From: an archaeon
Lineage (GTDB): Archaea; Iainarchaeota; Iainarchaeia; Iainarchaeales; 0-14-0-20-34-12
Reading direction: 5' to 3'
Assembly (NCBI GenBank): GCA_038046645.1
Contig: JBBSVU010000017.1
Coordinates: forward strand, 1-52,038
Length of the DNA: 52,038 bases
Shown: piece by piece, positions 20,031 to 29,020 of the stretch
Position numbering within the stretch: the first letter of the stretch is position 1
How the letters are laid out: the number at the start of each line of letters is the position of its first letter
Notes under the pieces: generated by a model
Told to the model about the DNA's origin: nothing
Database searches by the model: none
What the model saw: the letters and a program-made list of their open reading frames with translations, nothing else
Program-made: the position numbers and the translations under genes

Positions 20031-20590
20031 GTCTTTATTTCCCTCGAATCCTTTATGTGTGTAGGATTTTGACTATTATTTTTATAAATTGTCAACCAAA
20101 AAATATTTAAATACTCGTTTTGCGAAAATGCATTAAATGCCTTGATTTTTGATGCCCTAAGGTATAATCAGGGGATACTTGCCCTAAGCTAGTATTAATC
20201 AGCTGTTTTGAAAGTTATCTGGTTTAATGCATTCTAATTTGTTTCCCTGCTGTAATACTGGGATTCATTCGATAAGAAGAGAAAAATCCTTGCCTTATTT
20301 GTTTAAAATGGATTAAATTGAGCCTTTTTTGATTAAAATCGACAAAATTAGTCATTATCGCCCAAATATGGTTTAAATTATGCGTAATTAGAAACCACCT
20401 GAAAAAGCAAACTATTTTCTAACAGAATTTTGTTTATTTTTGCATAACTGAATTTTAGGCATTTTAATAAATTTTACGAGCAAAAATTTTCATAAATTAG
20501 GACACTCCATTATTAGTGCTTATTCAACACCCCTCCCGGATAGAAAAATATTATAATCCCTAAAACAATAATATTCAAGGTGATATTTTT

Positions 20591-20866
20591 ATGTGCCATA
20601 AGAATAAGGGAATTAAGTTAGGTATTTTGCTTGCTGCAATTGATGTTGTGTGCGGAATAATTGTATATGGTGCGCCAGATTTAGCGCATAAACTTTTAGG
20701 ATATTTAACGCATAGCACTTGGCAGTTCACAATTAATGCTTTTGACCCACTAACTTTTGTAATTGGTGCAATATTGTGGTTTGCAATAGGTTTCGTAATA
20801 GGGTTTGCTCTTGAGAAATGCTGCTGCAAAGGCAAGGATTGTTGCTGCACTGAAGAAAAAAAGTGA
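20591..20866 (+). CDS. small two-TM membrane protein with Cys-rich C-terminus
   Basis: AGGTGA SD; two hydrophobic helices; KCCCKGKDCCC tail. Confidence 0.7.
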   Translation: MCHKNKGIKLGILLAAIDVVCGIIVYGAPDLAHKLLGYLTHSTWQFTINAFDPLTFVIGAILWFAIGFVIGFALEKCCCKGKDCCCTEEKK

Positions 20867-20954
20867 ATTATAAAATATTTTAAATGCTGATGTGCATTTG
20901 GAATATTTTAGTTTTATTTATAAAAAATAAATTAAAATCAGAAATTAAAAAGTA

Positions 20955-21070
20955 ATTAGCAGCGTTCGAGAAGCTCCACCCAAGAAGGCAGTGCTATCCC
21001 AATCCCTGCAGAGCTTAACTTCTGGGTTCGAGAAGAGACCAGGTGTTTCCTCTGCGGTATGGCCGCTAAT
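20955..21070 (-). rRNA. rrf: 5S rRNA (unlinked from the 16S-23S operon)
   Basis: Minus strand reads TAGCGGCCATA...CGAACCCAGAAGTTAAGC...GCTGCTA with paired ends. Confidence 0.93.
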
Positions 21071-21160
21071 CATAGTAATAACCTCCCTAAGCATTTAAAA
21101 ATCTAACTCTGTATTAGTTCATAATATTCTTCTATAGGTAATCTATTTTAATGTGATTTT

Positions 21161-21436
21161 ATGAATGTTCCGAAGAGTGCAATGGATTATTGTAGAAAAT
21201 GCAATATCCATACTGATCACAAGCTGAAATTGTACAAATCAGGGGCGGCCCGTGCATTATCTAGCGGGCAGAGAAGAAATGTTGCAAAGAAAAAAGGCTA
21301 TAAAGGAAAATACCAATTTCCGGCAGTAGTAAAAAAGGTAAACAAAAGACCTACATTTGTCCTTGAATGCTCAGTATGCCACGCAAAACACTATTTAGTA
21401 TATCATAAGCGAATGAAGAAGACAGAATTCGTGTAA
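21161..21436 (+). CDS. rpl44e: 50S ribosomal protein eL42 (L44e)
   Basis: YCRKCNIHTDH, GYKG and LECSVC zinc ribbon. Confidence 0.93.
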   Translation: MNVPKSAMDYCRKCNIHTDHKLKLYKSGAARALSSGQRRNVAKKKGYKGKYQFPAVVKKVNKRPTFVLECSVCHAKHYLVYHKRMKKTEFV

Positions 21437-21502
21437 TTCTATATTTCTTTTTTGATTTACTTTTTTTAAAATTATTTATCTATTCCGGAATAAAAGAAAA
21501 AA

Positions 21503-22168
21503 TTAACTTAACAATTCTTTTTTCCATCTTTCAATTTCACTTTTATCCCTGACACTTTCTGTTTGTTCCCCTGTTGTAATGTTGAACTTTGTTAATCCTT
21601 CAGCTGAAAATTTGCTTTCAAAATCTGATTTTAGTTTGTAAAACCTGAACACATGCGTAGGCATCTGGTCCTTTGGCCCTATAACATAGGTTACTATTGT
21701 GCCATTAGGCTCTTCTGTTTTAATTTTTTCTTCAATCCCTAAATGATTAATTAATTCCCTGGGCAATTTCTTGTCCAAGAATTCACCCATTAAACTGAAT
21801 CTCTGGATTTTGGTTGTTTTCGGGTCAAATTTGTAAATTAATCCGATTTTTTCATCTGCCTGATAAATATTGCCCTCAAATTCCACATTTCCTTTTTCCC
21901 TGACCATATCTACAAAGTCAGCAGACAATGGTTTTGGTTTTTCAATATTCTCATGCCTAAAATCATTTCCTAATCCCCGGCTTCTATTATCATATCTGCG
22001 AAATTCTGGCTTATGTAATCCCGTTTTTTGGAATCTTGGTTTAGGATAATTGGATTTGTGCACTTCTGCTGTGTGAAATCCGCTGCTTTTTGGTTTATCT
22101 TCATATCTCTTTTTTTTAAATGTTCCTGAGTCTCTGCCATATCTGGTTCCTTCACTTTCATAAAACAT
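21503..22168 (-). CDS. hypothetical protein with disordered N-terminus
   Basis: 221-aa ORF with GGTGA SD; no recognised motif. Confidence 0.65.
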   Translation of the reverse strand: MFYESEGTRYGRDSGTFKKKRYEDKPKSSGFHTAEVHKSNYPKPRFQKTGLHKPEFRRYDNRSRGLGNDFRHENIEKPKPLSADFVDMVREKGNVEFEGNIYQADEKIGLIYKFDPKTTKIQRFSLMGEFLDKKLPRELINHLGIEEKIKTEEPNGTIVTYVIGPKDQMPTHVFRFYKLKSDFESKFSAEGLTKFNITTGEQTESVRDKSEIERWKKELLS

Positions 22169-22273
22169 AATAATCAGTCACCAACCAATCTTCGATTTAA
22201 TCCTTTACAATTTGAATGAATAAGGTTTTATAAAAGAAGCATGTTATATTAGAGTAGTACTTTTAGCATTAAC

Positions 22274-23101
22274 ATGACCTCCAAAAACTCTGTTTTGTTA
22301 ACAATCAAGCAATATAATAGCATAACGCCAAATGAACTCTTTGCAAGGATTGTGGGAAATTACTCAAATAGCAACTCAGCACGTGCTGCTTTAAGCCGCA
22401 CATTAAAGAACCTTGCTGCCTTAGGCTTTATCCGAAAACACGAAGGTTTTCTTCAGTTGACTGATAAAGGATTAGCGGAATTGCACAAGGAGATGAAAAA
22501 TAAACTGATTCTGAAATTAAATGAAACTATTGTTGATGAACATAATCGCGATTTGGATTCAATTGTAAAGCTTCTTACCACCTTAATTGAAAGAGGTAAA
22601 ACCGATGCAGATTTATTGAAGGTTTCTAAGGATAGCTGCACATTCTATGTTTCAGACTTAGAGGAAATGATTGCAAAACTCTCTACTGATATGGAGCATA
22701 TGGCCCATCTTTCCTCAGTCCTGACAAAACATATTGCAGCATTGAAAGAATTGGATTTCCCGCACGAAATTATGATGCAGATGACTGAAGAAAGCCTGAA
22801 TAAATTATCCCGATTTTTCGAAAAAGAAAATGCCCAAGAGCTTTTGGTTGAATGCGATGAGATGATTAAGCCAATTCTGCAGGAAGAATTTAGGGCTGAA
22901 TTGAAAAACCAGCAGCTTTTTGTCTCAAAACAGAATTTCTCCAAATTGATAAATTTTTTCAGGGGGCTGATTGCACAGAACATTAAAAGCAAGGAGAAAA
23001 TAAAAATAATTTTTTCCGGGATTTCTGTTTACATCATTGAAAACACAATTGTTTTCACAGGCCCTTATGGCAAGCTTGGGTTTTTAACCGTGCGGGCTTG
23101 A
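22274..23101 (+). CDS. hypothetical protein with N-terminal winged helix
   Basis: ALSRTLKNLAALGFI..LQLTDKG wHTH pattern. Confidence 0.65.
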   Translation: MTSKNSVLLTIKQYNSITPNELFARIVGNYSNSNSARAALSRTLKNLAALGFIRKHEGFLQLTDKGLAELHKEMKNKLILKLNETIVDEHNRDLDSIVKLLTTLIERGKTDADLLKVSKDSCTFYVSDLEEMIAKLSTDMEHMAHLSSVLTKHIAALKELDFPHEIMMQMTEESLNKLSRFFEKENAQELLVECDEMIKPILQEEFRAELKNQQLFVSKQNFSKLINFFRGLIAQNIKSKEKIKIIFSGISVYIIENTIVFTGPYGKLGFLTVRA

Positions 23102-23193
23102 GATGTTGTGGGTTATAGTAAGAGACATATATAATTAAACAAAAATTGTCCCTTACTATAAGATTTAATAAACTCTGCCCCAAGCTAATTAGT

Positions 23194-24372
23194 ATGCCTG
23201 CTGTTAGTTCAAGTCCGCGGTTGAGAAGAGTTTCTGCAGTGAAGGATAGAGTTATCAGAAGATGCAGGCAAGTACCGCAGACTATTGCGCAAAAAGTTAA
23301 TGCTACCTGGGAAAAAACCAAACAGCACTACCGGTTTAGAATGCTAGTAAGAGAATTAAAAGCAAGAAAAGCATTTTTCGAAGAACATTCGTTTCCTTTT
23401 GGGGAATATTTTTCTTTAGCTAAGTCTTCTTCAGCCAGATTCAAACTTGGCCTTAATTTTTTTGAAAATGTTTGGCCGCACGCTGCATTTAATGGAATGG
23501 AAAATCAATTTCTTCTAGAAGCCTCTTTTCGTTCTGCAGAATTTTTTAAGGATAGTGCTGATGCAAAACAAAAAGCCGGGAAATTTGTAGCTGTCTTAAA
23601 ACAGTTAAGGCGAGACAGAAAGCATGTTAGTATTATAACTCTTTTAGACTTGTTTCGTAGGGTAAAGGGAGATTTTGGAGTTTTTGAAAAAAAGGGATCT
23701 TACCATAGATTGGTGAATATATTAAATGAACCCTTTCCATTTCAAAGGATTGAGGATTATCTAGCATCAATGGCAGAACATAAAACAGCGAGGCCTGAGC
23801 GCATAATTAAAGAAAAGGATAATCTTGGTTTAATTGGAAAGGAAATGGTTGGAATAGCAAGGCAAGATAATGTTGTTTTAAGGGTAATTGATAAGGAACA
23901 GTATGCTATCTGGAAGCAATTGTATGAAGAAGGGTTAAATGTAGAACCTATTTTGCCAGCGTCTTCAGACATAGCTGCTGAAACCAAGCTTAAGCCTAGG
24001 AGAAACCAAGTTTTTGTTAAGTCAAAGGTTGTTGGCAGGACGTTGGCTGATTTAATTCATAGCCGGAATTTAGATAGAACTCAGGTAAGGGCGATTGCAA
24101 GGCAAATGATGTCTACCATGGTAAAAGTATGGAAGCATGGTTATGTCCATAAACATCCTCATTTGTTTAATTGGTGTGTTGAATTCGAAGGCGCGCATCC
24201 AAAAGTAACCTTAATTGATTTCTCATTGGTAAAACAAGCCAGCGGTAGAGGCGAAATAATGAAAGATATTGAAAACTTTTCTTCAAAACTTAGTGAATTC
24301 CAAAGGATGTGCAACCAATTTGTTTTTAATCATCCTCAAAATGAAAAGTTAGAAAGAATGGCTTTTGGGTAA
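23194..24372 (+). CDS. orphan protein with basic leader and C-terminal RIO/Kdo-like kinase fold (atypical)
   Basis: GYVHKHPHLFN and TLIDF correspond to HxDxxxxN and DFG; ATG at 23194 after a TTTAATAA box. Confidence 0.65.
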   Translation: MPAVSSSPRLRRVSAVKDRVIRRCRQVPQTIAQKVNATWEKTKQHYRFRMLVRELKARKAFFEEHSFPFGEYFSLAKSSSARFKLGLNFFENVWPHAAFNGMENQFLLEASFRSAEFFKDSADAKQKAGKFVAVLKQLRRDRKHVSIITLLDLFRRVKGDFGVFEKKGSYHRLVNILNEPFPFQRIEDYLASMAEHKTARPERIIKEKDNLGLIGKEMVGIARQDNVVLRVIDKEQYAIWKQLYEEGLNVEPILPASSDIAAETKLKPRRNQVFVKSKVVGRTLADLIHSRNLDRTQVRAIARQMMSTMVKVWKHGYVHKHPHLFNWCVEFEGAHPKVTLIDFSLVKQASGRGEIMKDIENFSSKLSEFQRMCNQFVFNHPQNEKLERMAFG

Positions 24373-24469
24373 TAGTTTTATTTTTCCAACGTTTATTGAT
24401 GTAGTCCGGACTGGCATTTGGACCTGTTATTTATTCGAAATAAGGTTTTTATAAAGGTTCAGTTAATGT

Positions 24470-25567
24470 ATGTTTATGCGATTTATTCTCATAGTTACTT
24501 TGCTGGCGTTGGTAATTCTCGTTAGTGGCTGTACCGAAAAACAAATCAAATTTGACAAAGAACCATCAAACGGACCTGAAACTGAAACTCAGAATTCTTA
24601 TGATAAAAACAAAATTCCTGTGGGACCCCCCAAAGAAAATAAAGCGGAACTTCCTGAAGAAGATAAAAAAGATGCTCAAAACCCGCCTGAAGCGAAAGGG
24701 AAATTAATTCCTGCCGTTGTGCCTAAACAGATTGAAATCAAGCTCGCGGAATGGGCCAAAGAGGATGGAATAAGGATCGGTGGCGTCAGTTCCTCTACCC
24801 TGGTCAAAAACAAGGAGTATTGGATGTATTATACTGGCAATGGCATAGAATTGGCGAAGTCTTCTGACGGTTTAAACTTTGTTTACTATGGGAAATTAAT
24901 TGATGTAAAAGATGTTGAGGGAATAGACATGGTCACTAACCCTGCTGTTTTTGAAATGACTGATGGGAACTACAGAATGCTTTTCGAAGGCAGCAAAATG
25001 TTTGATAACAAAAATGACAGAAAACTCTATAGCGCAATTTCCTCAGATGGTTTGATTTGGAAAATAGAAGATGGTGTGAGGTTTCAGGATGTTGGCGATG
25101 GAAAGCCCGGGGAAATATTTACCTCAGTACCAGACATTATTAGATTGACTGATGGAAAATTGAGGATGTACTTTGCAAGAGGATTAACCTCTGCAACCGC
25201 AGTATCAAACGATGACGGCTTGACATGGACAAAAGAAACCAACCTTGAACTAGGGAAGATTGCACTAGACCCGGAGATTGTATTGCTGGAAGATGGCAAC
25301 TACAAACTTTTCTTCACGGCTTTTGAAGATGAGTTTGGAGTGGGCGAGCAATGGATTATGAGTGCTAGTTCATCTGACGGGATTGAATTTGTATTGGGCG
25401 AAGGAAAATTAATTGGGCCAAGCACTCCCGGTGGTTTGATTACCGATCCAGACATAGTAAAAGTTGACAATGGTTACAGAATGTACTACGGCGAATTCGA
25501 AAAGGGCGAACAGGGGATATATGGAAACGAGCCGCAGATAAAGAGTGCTTTTAGTTTTGGTAGTTGA
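24470..25567 (+). CDS. lipoprotein with repeated beta-propeller blades (glycoside hydrolase-like)
   Basis: VSGC lipobox; repeated P.(V/I)...DG.YRM(Y/F)..S.DG..W/F blades. Confidence 0.8.
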   Translation: MFMRFILIVTLLALVILVSGCTEKQIKFDKEPSNGPETETQNSYDKNKIPVGPPKENKAELPEEDKKDAQNPPEAKGKLIPAVVPKQIEIKLAEWAKEDGIRIGGVSSSTLVKNKEYWMYYTGNGIELAKSSDGLNFVYYGKLIDVKDVEGIDMVTNPAVFEMTDGNYRMLFEGSKMFDNKNDRKLYSAISSDGLIWKIEDGVRFQDVGDGKPGEIFTSVPDIIRLTDGKLRMYFARGLTSATAVSNDDGLTWTKETNLELGKIALDPEIVLLEDGNYKLFFTAFEDEFGVGEQWIMSASSSDGIEFVLGEGKLIGPSTPGGLITDPDIVKVDNGYRMYYGEFEKGEQGIYGNEPQIKSAFSFGS

Positions 25568-25596
25568 TATATCCAATAGGGCATATTGAGTTTGTA

Positions 25597-25669
25597 TGCA
25601 GCCGCCGGGATTCGAACCCGGATCAGAGCCTTGGGAAGGCCCGATGCTAGCCATTAACACCACGACTGC
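25597..25669 (-). tRNA. tRNA-Gly(CCC)
   Basis: GCAGTCG/CGGCTGC acceptor, gggcc-TTCCCAA-ggctc anticodon arm, GTTCGAATC T-loop. Confidence 0.95.
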
Positions 25670-25689
25670 ATTACAGATGATAAGCCATG

Positions 25690-26604
25690 CTATGTTTTAA
25701 AAAAATCTATGTTAGCGTACTCAATATCCTTATGCCTTGGAACCTGACCAGTTTCTTTATATTTGAAATATTTATATAAATGTTTTGGGTTATGTGGTCT
25801 GACTACTCTGAAAAATTCATCGATTTTTGATTTTGCAATAACATAAACTTGTTTTTGCAGCATAAATGGCTGCAACTTTAGTTCTTTTAGTACCTCAAAT
25901 ATTTCTTTAAGAAACTTCCTGCTATGGCTAGTTATTTCAATTTTGGCTGATTTTGGGTTATGCCTATGAAATCCACCGTCTGTGTCAAATACTCCTCTAA
26001 TAAATCCAATTTTCAATGCTTTCTTTTCAATTATTTTCTTAGGAATAGTTATCTTATTTTTCTTCTTGCCTATTGGAAACCCGAAGTTATTCACTAAAAA
26101 TTCTTGTAGTTCTTTAGAATAAACCATAGCTAAAATTTGTGATTTATTTTTTCCAGTAAATCTTATGCTTGGATTAACATTAAACAGGCTTTTGAATAGT
26201 GGGCAAATTACTGTAAGAATATATTTTTTATCTGAAATAGCGTTACTGCCTATTGCAATAGCATAATTAGTAGTTATACAACCATCCCCATATAAAGCAC
26301 CTAAAAATTCAGCTAATTTTTCATTGCATTTTGGAATCTTAATATGTTTTAGTTTATTTCTTATTTCAAGCAAAGGTAATTTTGAGTATTTAGATGTTGG
26401 TATTTCTGCTAGGTTGCACAAAATAAAAAATTTCACTAAAGGAATTTTGTGCATTCCGTTAACATATTTTATAACCATGCCTCTAGTTACTTTTAGTTTT
26501 TTAGCTAATGTTGCATATGACTTTTTGGTACGTATTTTAATGTCCCTTAGAATTAGTTTCTGAACATTTTTATTTAAGTTTAGATAATAATTGATAGTAG
26601 CCAT
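25690..26604 (-). CDS. free-standing HTH + LAGLIDADG endonuclease-like protein
   Basis: SYATLAKKLKVTRGMV HTH; AEFLGALYGDG and GFIRGVFDTDG motifs; TTTATATA box about 22 nt upstream. Confidence 0.85.
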   Translation of the reverse strand: MATINYYLNLNKNVQKLILRDIKIRTKKSYATLAKKLKVTRGMVIKYVNGMHKIPLVKFFILCNLAEIPTSKYSKLPLLEIRNKLKHIKIPKCNEKLAEFLGALYGDGCITTNYAIAIGSNAISDKKYILTVICPLFKSLFNVNPSIRFTGKNKSQILAMVYSKELQEFLVNNFGFPIGKKKNKITIPKKIIEKKALKIGFIRGVFDTDGGFHRHNPKSAKIEITSHSRKFLKEIFEVLKELKLQPFMLQKQVYVIAKSKIDEFFRVVRPHNPKHLYKYFKYKETGQVPRHKDIEYANIDFFKT

Positions 26605-26641
26605 TTACTGGATTAGTCTCTCTTAATATATAAACAATTTC

Positions 26642-26663
26642 GAAGAGTAGATTTCCCCTGAAT
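26642..26663 (-). repeat. 22-bp motif upstream of LAGLIDADG gene, copy 2
   Basis: ATTCAGGGGAAATCTACTCTTC. Confidence 0.85.
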
Positions 26664-26665
26664 GG

Positions 26666-26718
26666 CCCCTTTCTTTTCTTCATAAGAAAAGAAAGGCCCC
26701 AGGGTTCAAAGAAAAGAA
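26666..26718. repeat. 53-bp hairpin-containing dispersed repeat
   Basis: 47/53 identical to the reverse complement of 37526-37578. Confidence 0.85.
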
Positions 26719-26752
26719 AGAAAATCAGTTGCAATTAAAATCCAAAAGAAAA

Positions 26753-26878
26753 TTAAGTTGGTTTAATTTTTAATTTTGAAAATTGCTTTTCAGGGAGTGT
26801 GCAGAAGACAAAATTATCTTTTACTAATGCAGGCTTCATTGATTTAATTAATTTGTTCAAATCCTTTATTCCGCCCAT
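26753..26878 (-). pseudogene. truncated N-terminus of a DUF2241/ACT-domain protein
   Basis: MGGIKDLNKLIKSMKPALVKDNFVFCTL resembles the M.G..DL..L..SM.P.L....VFCT family start; stops after 41 aa at the repeat tract. Confidence 0.6.
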
Positions 26879-26887
26879 AAAACCCAA

Positions 26888-27871
26888 CTATTTTGATTTT
26901 TTATTCAAAAAGCCCAAACCAAAGCCATAAACCATTGCCAAATCCCGCAAAAATAGGATTGGCAGGCTGATGAATCCTATTTCCTGATTTCTGTCAATTA
27001 TGAATTTCACGGTTTTCAGCATCAGGACAATTGAAACAATAAATGCGCTAACTGCAAGGTGTGCAAACATTAAATGTGCTGGAGAAAGCACAGTAGAAAC
27101 CAAAAAAAGTGATATGGCTGCTAATTGTAATTTCAATTCCTGCGGAGTATATGAATCTTTCATCATCTTCTGCCTGTGTTTGCTGTATAAGGTAACACGC
27201 CAGTATGCATGCCCGAATTTTTTCTTCAAATATTTCTCTAAAGATTCAACATGCTTATGATATACAATTGCCTTTGGATTAAACATCAAGCGATATCCTT
27301 TTTCTGACAACCTATAGGATAAATCAGGGTCTTCACCTGATGCAATTTCAAAGCATGTATCAAAGCCGCCTTCTTTCAGGTAAATATCTTTTTTATATGC
27401 AGCAGAATAACTCCCAATCCAGTCCAAATGGTCTGCATTTTTCATTCGTTCATATCTTTCTTCTATTTCTAATTGAATAAACTTTGCGATTTTGGATTTT
27501 TGTTTTGTTTTATATGCGCCTTGAACTGCCACAACTTTTGTATCCGAGAAAGGTTTTACCATTTCTTCTAACCAATTTTTTTCTGCTTCACAGTCAGAAT
27601 CAGTAAAAACAATAATTTCATATTTTGCATTCTTAGCACCTAAATTCCTTGCAACAGCCGGCCCAGCATGTTGCTGTTCAAGCAATCTTATTTTTATATT
27701 TTTGGATTTGTTTTGGAATTCTTTTACAATTTCTTTTGTTTTGTCTGTTGAACCATCATCCACAAAAATAATTTCATAATCTTCTTTAAATGTTTGGTTT
27801 AGCAAAGACTCCAAACAAAGTTCAATTGTTTTTTCTGCATTGTAACAGGGGATAACGGCCGAAATTTTCAT
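26888..27871 (-). CDS. glycosyltransferase family 2
   Basis: IPCYN, VDDGSTD, ARNLG, FTDSD and GEDPDL motifs; C-terminal TM helices. Confidence 0.9.
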   Translation of the reverse strand: MKISAVIPCYNAEKTIELCLESLLNQTFKEDYEIIFVDDGSTDKTKEIVKEFQNKSKNIKIRLLEQQHAGPAVARNLGAKNAKYEIIVFTDSDCEAEKNWLEEMVKPFSDTKVVAVQGAYKTKQKSKIAKFIQLEIEERYERMKNADHLDWIGSYSAAYKKDIYLKEGGFDTCFEIASGEDPDLSYRLSEKGYRLMFNPKAIVYHKHVESLEKYLKKKFGHAYWRVTLYSKHRQKMMKDSYTPQELKLQLAAISLFLVSTVLSPAHLMFAHLAVSAFIVSIVLMLKTVKFIIDRNQEIGFISLPILFLRDLAMVYGFGLGFLNKKSK

Positions 27872-27878
27872 GATTATT

Positions 27879-28193
27879 TCACTTTTTTAAATTTCCGGCA
27901 TTTATTTTTTTTGCCCATTGCCTGTTTCTTTCAGCAGCATTACCTAATCTGTCCGCTTTTTTAGATAATTTTCCAGCTTTCCTTTCTTTGCTTTCGGCTC
28001 TTTTTTCAAGTGCTTTTGCATAGCTAGTATCGCCAATTATTTGCACTCTGGCCAAAGCTGCTTTGCGGGCATACTCCTTGCTGGCAGAAGCCACGGCATT
28101 AGAATCGGCACTTACTAAATTTCTTTTAAACTCAAGCTTTTTTGCCCGCCATTTCAACGCTTTGCTAATTGTTGACCTTAGTCTTGGTGACAT
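27879..28193 (-). CDS. small basic orphan protein
   Basis: MSPRLRS.. start; Lys/Arg/Ala-rich, probably helical. Confidence 0.6.
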   Translation of the reverse strand: MSPRLRSTISKALKWRAKKLEFKRNLVSADSNAVASASKEYARKAALARVQIIGDTSYAKALEKRAESKERKAGKLSKKADRLGNAAERNRQWAKKINAGNLKK

Positions 28194-28233
28194 TTTTATC
28201 ATCTCACAGTTTAGGATATTAACCTTTGATATA

Positions 28234-28989
28234 CTAATTATCAGAATCCTTCTCTTTATATCTTTTATCCAAAACCTCGCGAATCTTTTTTGCCTTTATT
28301 TTTCCCACACCTTCACACTCTGCCAATTCTTTTTCAGTTGCATTCATGAATCTGGTTACGTTGCCAAAATGTTTCAAAATATTTTTTGCTGTTTGCGGCC
28401 CAATCATTGGCAGCGATTCAACAACATACTGCTGTTCTTGTGCAATTGAGAATTTTGGCTTCTTTCCGTGCAGGCTGATCTCGCGATCTTTCCCTAATTG
28501 AAATCTTTTTGCAATCACATAAATGAATTCTGCTGTCTCAAATTCATCTGCAGCAAACAGCAGCGGAGTTTTATATTCCAAGCAGACTGCAGATAACGCA
28601 CCGATAATTGCATTCCTGTGAATATTTGATTCATAAAAAAGCATTTCAGGATTTCCTTCAAGAATAATTAGTGGCATTTCATAATTTTTGTTCATTGCCA
28701 TTATCTGGTTAAACAATCTTCTGTCAAGTAGGCTGCTTATAAAATCAGAAACAGTTTTCCTTTCAATCACAACGTCATTTGAAATAATATAATCCCCGAT
28801 TTCCAATTGTTTGATATTTACTTTACATTTAAAACGTTCTTCAAGGATTTTTACAATATTACAATTTCTTTCCCTTGTATCGGCATAGATTTCAATAACT
28901 TCAGGCTCGTCAGATTTCTTTACTGCCTGTTTTTTTGGTTTCGCCTTTTTTTCAATCTGAATTCTTGTTTGCACTTCTTCAATTTCCAT
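28234..28989 (-). CDS. ERCC4/XPF nuclease with HhH2 (Hef nuclease half)
   Basis: ADTRE, GDY..ERKT..DF, LPMIG and GVGKIKA motifs. Confidence 0.92.
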   Translation of the reverse strand: MEIEEVQTRIQIEKKAKPKKQAVKKSDEPEVIEIYADTRERNCNIVKILEERFKCKVNIKQLEIGDYIISNDVVIERKTVSDFISSLLDRRLFNQIMAMNKNYEMPLIILEGNPEMLFYESNIHRNAIIGALSAVCLEYKTPLLFAADEFETAEFIYVIAKRFQLGKDREISLHGKKPKFSIAQEQQYVVESLPMIGPQTAKNILKHFGNVTRFMNATEKELAECEGVGKIKAKKIREVLDKRYKEKDSDN

Positions 28990-29020
28990 AATCTCACACA
29001 GGATAATATATATTCTGTTT

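Noticed and set aside
20031..20590. Replication origin
   Set aside because: No ORB-like repeats recognised and no adjacent cdc6/orc1 gene
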